Source of the DNA: Octopus sinensis
Lineage: Eukaryota
Direction: 5' to 3'
Assembly: GCF_006345805.1 (NCBI RefSeq)
Contig: NW_021826562.1
Location: 1 to 12,594, forward strand
Length of the DNA stretch: 12,594 nucleotides
Made by a program: the position numbers and the translations under genes. The notes under the pieces are model-generated. The model worked only from the letters and a program-made list of their open reading frames with translations, searched no databases and was not told where the DNA came from. This document shows, one piece after another, positions 8,582 through 12,594 of the stretch (position 1 is its first letter; the number at the start of each line of letters is the position of its first letter).

Positions 8582-11092
8582 TATTAACAAGACCAATGCA
8601 TTTATCATCCACATCAGATGGCTCGCCTTCTTCCACGATAATGAGGACCTAAAACGGACCACTAACGACGTCTCCCTTGAATATAAAAAACTATTTAAGT
8701 CGTGGGGAACTCCTCCACCTAATCCTAGAAGAAATTCGAAGATGATCTTTGGGACATCGTAAAGAATATTAAATTTCATAGATCACCCCTCAGTAATAAG
8801 CACCTCAGATACCTCGATAGCGTCTCTAGAGATATAAACAGCTTAGATTCTATCCTAGTCCAATCGGATAAAACCGGCAACATATATAAGCTTACCAAGA
8901 GCCATTATTTAGAACTGCTCGAAAAGGAGATACATAAGAATTACAGGACCGCCAGTAGGAATACTCTCAGGCAGGCCAACTTAGAAACTAAGCAGATTAT
9001 GGAGACTTACGGATTACAGATGAAGACGGAACCATTGAACCCTAGGCAACCCAGATTCATCTTAAAGGACCACAAACAGAACTTTCATACTAACCCAGCA
9101 TTGCGGCTCATATGCCCTTCCAGTTCAGACATCGGTACCCTTAGTAAATACATATTAGATAAGTATATCCCTATATTAATTAATAATTTAAAACTTAGCT
9201 TATGGTCCAATTCTGTTCAAGTCGTAGATTGGTTTACTTCTATTACTGATAAGGCCAACACTAAATTTATCCAATTCGATATATCTAATTTCTATTCTTC
9301 AATCAACCCTATTATACTTAATAATGCCCTATGGCACGCACACAATAAGGTAGGCCTCTCCAGGGAGGAAATTAGTGTGACATTGACTGCTAGGAAATCT
9401 TTCATCCAGTTCGATAGCAAGTTGTGGGTCCGTAGAGATACCCCTTATGTGTTTGATGTACTAATGGGAAGTACAGACAGCGCCCAGATAGCCGATTTGG
9501 TCGGAATTTATATTCTTTATGAAATGGCCGACCAATTCCCGGACATCTGTGGAGGTCTTTATCGCGACGATTGTCTGCTTTACCTCCAAAACCTTTCGAA
9601 CCAAAAAATACAGAAGATTAAGAACAGATTAGTTAGGATTTTTAGTAGAATGGGCTTGCGCATAGTTTTTGACGATGAATTAACTAAAGCCAACTTCTTG
9701 GACATTACCCTCAATCTGCAGAATAACTCATACTTCCCTTATCATAAACCTTCCACTAATCTTAAGTATATCAGCATTTTCAGTAATCATACCAAGCCAA
9801 TTACCGATAATTTAGTTAAAAACATATCTCTGAGACTGTCCAAATTATCTGCTAATGTCGACATCTTTAACCAAAAGGCAGACTTCTATAATGCCGCCTT
9901 GTCAAGAGCCGGTTATAAGGAGAAAGTGTCATACATCGACCCAGCTCATTCTAAACCAACATCTGCTTCTCCAGATAGTAAAGTTACTCGTAATAGGAAT
10001 AATGATTTCAATTCTAATAGTGCCAGCAATCCTGTACATAAAATAAATTCTTTACGGACTAGGGGAGGTAAGCGCCACGCAACCCCAAATTTCCAACCCA
10101 GAAATTTTCCCCTTACTATCACAAACAACACTAAGTACAATTCAAAGGCCACAAAAAACTGTATCTGGTTTGTAATTCCTTTCGGAAAACAAATTAAATC
10201 CAACCTTCCCTTACAGTTCCGTGAAGCCGTTGCTAGGAACTTTCCCAGAAATTCTAGATATCATTCTATTTTCAATTCCCACAAGGTCAGAATAGCTTTC
10301 TCTAACACTAGGAATCTTTCACAAATTATATCTTCCCACAATACCAAGCTGCTAAACAAATATTCTTCACCCGGGAGTTCCAACACTAATCTTGCTAATT
10401 CCAACCCATCATACAATCATAATAATATGAATAGTATTAATAGTAGCAGCATTAGTAGCAGCGAAATTGTTAACAATGATAATATTAATAATAGTATTAG
10501 TCGTGTTAATAACAATGGTAGTGTTGATGGTAACAACAATAACGGTATTATTGTCGGTGGTATTACTAGTTGTAATACCTTTAATAATACTAATAATAAT
10601 AGAAATAGTGTAGTTGTTAGCGCTAATAATAATAGTAACAACAATCATAACAATAAAAACTTCGTCTCGATCTCGGAGGACAACCCCAACAGAATTAAAT
10701 TTTTATCTAGTAATTCTAAGATTAAGAATTCTATTTACTAGTGTAGAATTTCTTCCGGTACCGATGTCTTCTTCTATATAGGAGCGTCCACTTCCCAGTT
10801 ATCCAAGAGAATTTCAAACCACTACTCAACATTCAGGGATAGTAAAAAACGACATAGCACAGGGCTAAGTAAATTAGTTTGGCGTCTTAAAGACAACAAT
10901 ATACTTTTCAAGTTAGATTGGTTCATACTGTCTGTATCCTTTTCTTTTGATAAGGGCAGGAGATTTTGTAACATTTGTAACTCTGAACTCTTCCATATTC
11001 TTTTCGCTAAGGTTCCCCTAGTAAACACACTCATAGAAAAATCGTACAAATGTAAACACTGGCAGAAACACACTTTCTACTCATATAAATGA
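8568..11092 (+). pseudogene. PLE polyprotein (N-terminal region, RT, thumb, GIY-YIG endonuclease) with a 1-nt-deletion frameshift at ~8726 and an in-frame TAG at 10739-10741
   Basis: Frame A from 8568: FIERIINKTNAFIIHIRWLAFFH...LFKSWGTPPPNP. Frame B is open 8729-10741: KKFEDDLWDIVKNIKF...LVQSDKTGNIYK..., FIQFDISNFYSSI (9266), LMGSTDSAQIADLVGIYIL, GLYRDDCL (YRDD 9560-9571), NFLDITLNL, IWFVIPF, HNTKLL. The same frame continues past the TAG: SIY*CRISSGTDVFFYIGASTSQLSKRISNHYSTF...STGLSKLVWRLK...FCNICNSE...LVN...CKHWQKH...TGA (11090-11092). Confidence 0.92.
8999..10741 (+). CDS. Longest ATG-initiated open segment (580 aa) of the PLE ORF: reverse transcriptase and thumb, terminated at the start of the endonuclease
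   Basis: ORF track plus the PLE RT motifs listed above. The frame is open from 8729, so this ATG is unlikely to be the native start. Confidence 0.8.
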   Translation: METYGLQMKTEPLNPRQPRFILKDHKQNFHTNPALRLICPSSSDIGTLSKYILDKYIPILINNLKLSLWSNSVQVVDWFTSITDKANTKFIQFDISNFYSSINPIILNNALWHAHNKVGLSREEISVTLTARKSFIQFDSKLWVRRDTPYVFDVLMGSTDSAQIADLVGIYILYEMADQFPDICGGLYRDDCLLYLQNLSNQKIQKIKNRLVRIFSRMGLRIVFDDELTKANFLDITLNLQNNSYFPYHKPSTNLKYISIFSNHTKPITDNLVKNISLRLSKLSANVDIFNQKADFYNAALSRAGYKEKVSYIDPAHSKPTSASPDSKVTRNRNNDFNSNSASNPVHKINSLRTRGGKRHATPNFQPRNFPLTITNNTKYNSKATKNCIWFVIPFGKQIKSNLPLQFREAVARNFPRNSRYHSIFNSHKVRIAFSNTRNLSQIISSHNTKLLNKYSSPGSSNTNLANSNPSYNHNNMNSINSSSISSSEIVNNDNINNSISRVNNNGSVDGNNNNGIIVGGITSCNTFNNTNNNRNSVVVSANNNSNNNHNNKNFVSISEDNPNRIKFLSSNSKIKNSIY

Positions 11093-11208
11093 TAACGATA
11101 GTCAATGTGGTTTGAACAATCAGCTTTACGTCCACCCCACTGCTATAGAGAAATTCTTTCCTAAGCCTTCGAACATTCTTTCAATCAACGTACCCTTCCC
11201 TCTCCACT

Positions 11209-11450
11209 TGTTCCCTACCTATTATTCCTTTATACCTTCTCTTCCTATCTTTGACGTCTGTCTCTCTCTCACACACACAATCACACACACAGACACAAAT
11301 GCAGTTATACACACACACATACACACACACAAACACACGCACTCATTAACACAAGCACACACCCACACATTTCCATACATACAGCAAACATAATGTTCCC
11401 TACCTATTATTACTTTATCCCTTTTCTTCCTACTATCTATTTTTGACGTC
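11209..11450 (+). repeat. Direct repeat in the PLE 3' UTR (11209-11258 and 11394-11450) flanking a CA-rich tract
   Basis: tgttccctacctattatt...cttcct...tttgacgtc occurs twice. Confidence 0.85.
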
Positions 11451-11552
11451 AATTCTTCTAACGGTTTTTAAAAAAAAAACACTCACTATCGCTTTGTTTA
11501 CCATGTAGGCAATCATCGAAATTTTTGTTTGTCTTGTTGTCGAGAGAGGCTC

Positions 11553-11645
11553 CCTTTCTTTCCTGATGAGAAGATTGCATAATGCACCCTTTATTCCTTT
11601 GGAATGAAAACATGCTGTCTTCGAAACATGTGTCGAGAGTAAAGG
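11553..11645 (+). ncRNA. Type I hammerhead ribozyme with intact core and long stem II
   Basis: CUGAUGA 11563-11569; stem II GAAGAUUGCAU 11570-11580 / AUGCUGUCUUC 11612-11622 (10 of 11 paired); GAAAC 11623-11627; palindromic ACAUGU; GUC 11632-11634. Stem I is CCUUUCUUUC 11553-11562 / GAGAG(U)AAAGG 11635-11645 (10 bp, one bulge). Confidence 0.88.
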
Positions 11646-11686
11646 AATTTTGTTAACATCTTCGTTCTACTCCATTCTTTCATTTA

Positions 11687-11689
<3 letters not shown>

Positions 11690-11740
<51 letters not shown>

Positions 11741-11810
11741 ATATATATATGTATGTATCTATATATATATACATGCATATATATTATATATATATTATAT
11801 ATATATATAC
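11690..11810. repeat. (TA)n microsatellite
   Basis: Directly visible run. Confidence 0.95.
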
Positions 11811-11935
11811 TTAAGTACATGGATGATACTCCCACTATAACATTCCTTATCAGATATAGGAAAACAGTTGAGCCATTGATAAAGACACTGCAAGTCAGAT
11901 TTACAGTTTTTGCCTCTTTCACAACCATACAGGAA

Positions 11936-12306
11936 TACTTACTTGTTTCAGTCGTTAGACTGCAGCCATCCTGGGATACAGACTTGAGAAATTTTAGTCG
12001 AACAAATCAACTCCAGTTACTTCCTTTCTTGATCCTGACATTAATTCTATCGTTCTTTTTTGCCGAACCGCTAAGTTACGGAGACGTAAACACACCAACA
12101 CCTGTCAGTTGTCAAGCGGTCGTGAGAGACAAACACTCACACGCATAAATATATATTATACGACGGTTTTTTTTTTCAGTTTCCATCTACGAAATTCGCT
12201 CACAAGGCTTTGGTCAAGTAAAAGACACTTGCCCAAAGTGCCACATGGTGGAACTGAACCTGGAACCATGTGGTTAGGAAAACTTCTTACCACAGAGCTA
12301 CACCTG
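11936..12306 (-). mobile_element. tRNA-derived SINE (octopus-type; resembles OK/OR-like families from memory)
   Basis: The minus strand starts with a Pol III A box TAGCTCTGTGG (12300-12290) and B box GGTTCAGTTCC (12260-12250). These are followed by a CORE-like ctttgggcaagtg, a central (TA)/(TG) tract, cgtaacttagcggttcggcaaaa, and a tail ending gactgaaacaagtaagta. Confidence 0.85.
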
Positions 12307-12594
12307 GTTCAGTATTTTTGATGTCTCAACACATAATCAGTAAATCTTCATGTCCCACCGATAACGATATCGGTGTGCAGACAATGCGGTTTCATATTCA
12401 AATTAACAACGTCCCTTTCAACAGAAGTGACGCTCTATCTTCTGACACCTGTATAACGCTGTAACTTTCGCTTCTTCATCTATCTTATAGATTTTGATTC
12501 TACGACTGAAAATTGGACACGCGAAGCATACAATAAAGCCTTCCACTCCCTCGTAAAAAAAATATATATTTCCCTGGTGGTTCAAAAATGATGG

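Larger units (their letters stand above)
8494..11690 (+). mobile_element. Penelope-like retroelement (YRDD type with C-terminal GIY-YIG; Naiad/Neptune-like, clade not determined) with a 5' inverted terminal segment and 3' UTR hammerhead
   Basis: RT plus GIY-YIG reading frame, terminal inverted repeat (8494-8581 vs 11175-11255), type I HHR at 11553-11645, and microsatellites at both ends. Confidence 0.92.

Noticed and set aside
226-8636. Dozens of 60-195 aa ORFs rich in IY, HT, CV and YM
   Set aside because: They are translations of di- and tetranucleotide microsatellites, which lack stop codons in most frames, and contain no protein motifs.
10739-10760. Frameshift between RT and endonuclease
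   Set aside because: Careful codon counting shows GIY-YIG continues in the same frame after the TAG through to TGA 11090-11092.
10739-11095. Selenoprotein-type recoding, as reported for some Naiad PLEs
   Set aside because: The internal stop is UAG, not UGA, and is not at a Cys position. The terminal UGA is followed immediately by UAA. I recognised no SECIS.
8380-11720. Target-site duplication or DNA-transposon TIRs around the PLE
   Set aside because: The ends dissolve into microsatellites, so no TSD can be defined. The inverted repeat is a copy of internal 3' UTR sequence and the encoded enzyme is an RT, not a transposase.
12235-12306. tRNA gene
   Set aside because: It has A and B boxes but no complete cloverleaf, and it continues into a SINE body.
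12356-12375. 8-bp perfect hairpin caccgata-acga-tatcggtg as a Helitron 3' end or terminator
   Set aside because: No downstream CTRR or U-tract, and a stem this short is expected by chance.

Overview
AT-rich, microsatellite-dense eukaryotic DNA, probably octopus/cephalopod (the SINE was recognised from memory, not by a database search). I found no host protein-coding gene; nearly all ORF-track entries are translations of (TA)n/(CA)n/(TG)n/trinucleotide repeats. The window is a patchwork of retroelements separated by microsatellites. The main element is a nearly intact Penelope-like element (PLE) on +, ~8494-11690. Its RT (YRDD) plus C-terminal GIY-YIG endonuclease reading frame runs ~8568-11092, broken only by one frameshift (~8726) and one in-frame TAG (10739-10741). 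It has an inverted terminal repeat and a hammerhead ribozyme (HHR) with an intact core in the 3' UTR. Also present: a 1.5-mer tandem repeat with one type I HHR per unit (472 nt between cleavage sites, retrozyme-like, 1821-2558); further degenerate HHR motifs (554-601 minus, 8055-8089, possibly 8188-8275); decayed 3' fragments of an R4/Dong-clade and an RTE-clade non-LTR retrotransposon (both minus); and a tRNA-derived SINE (minus). The best leads are the ribozyme-bearing tandem repeat and the 3' HHR, whose single core is flanked by two alternative GUC sites. All translations and RNA pairings were done by eye.
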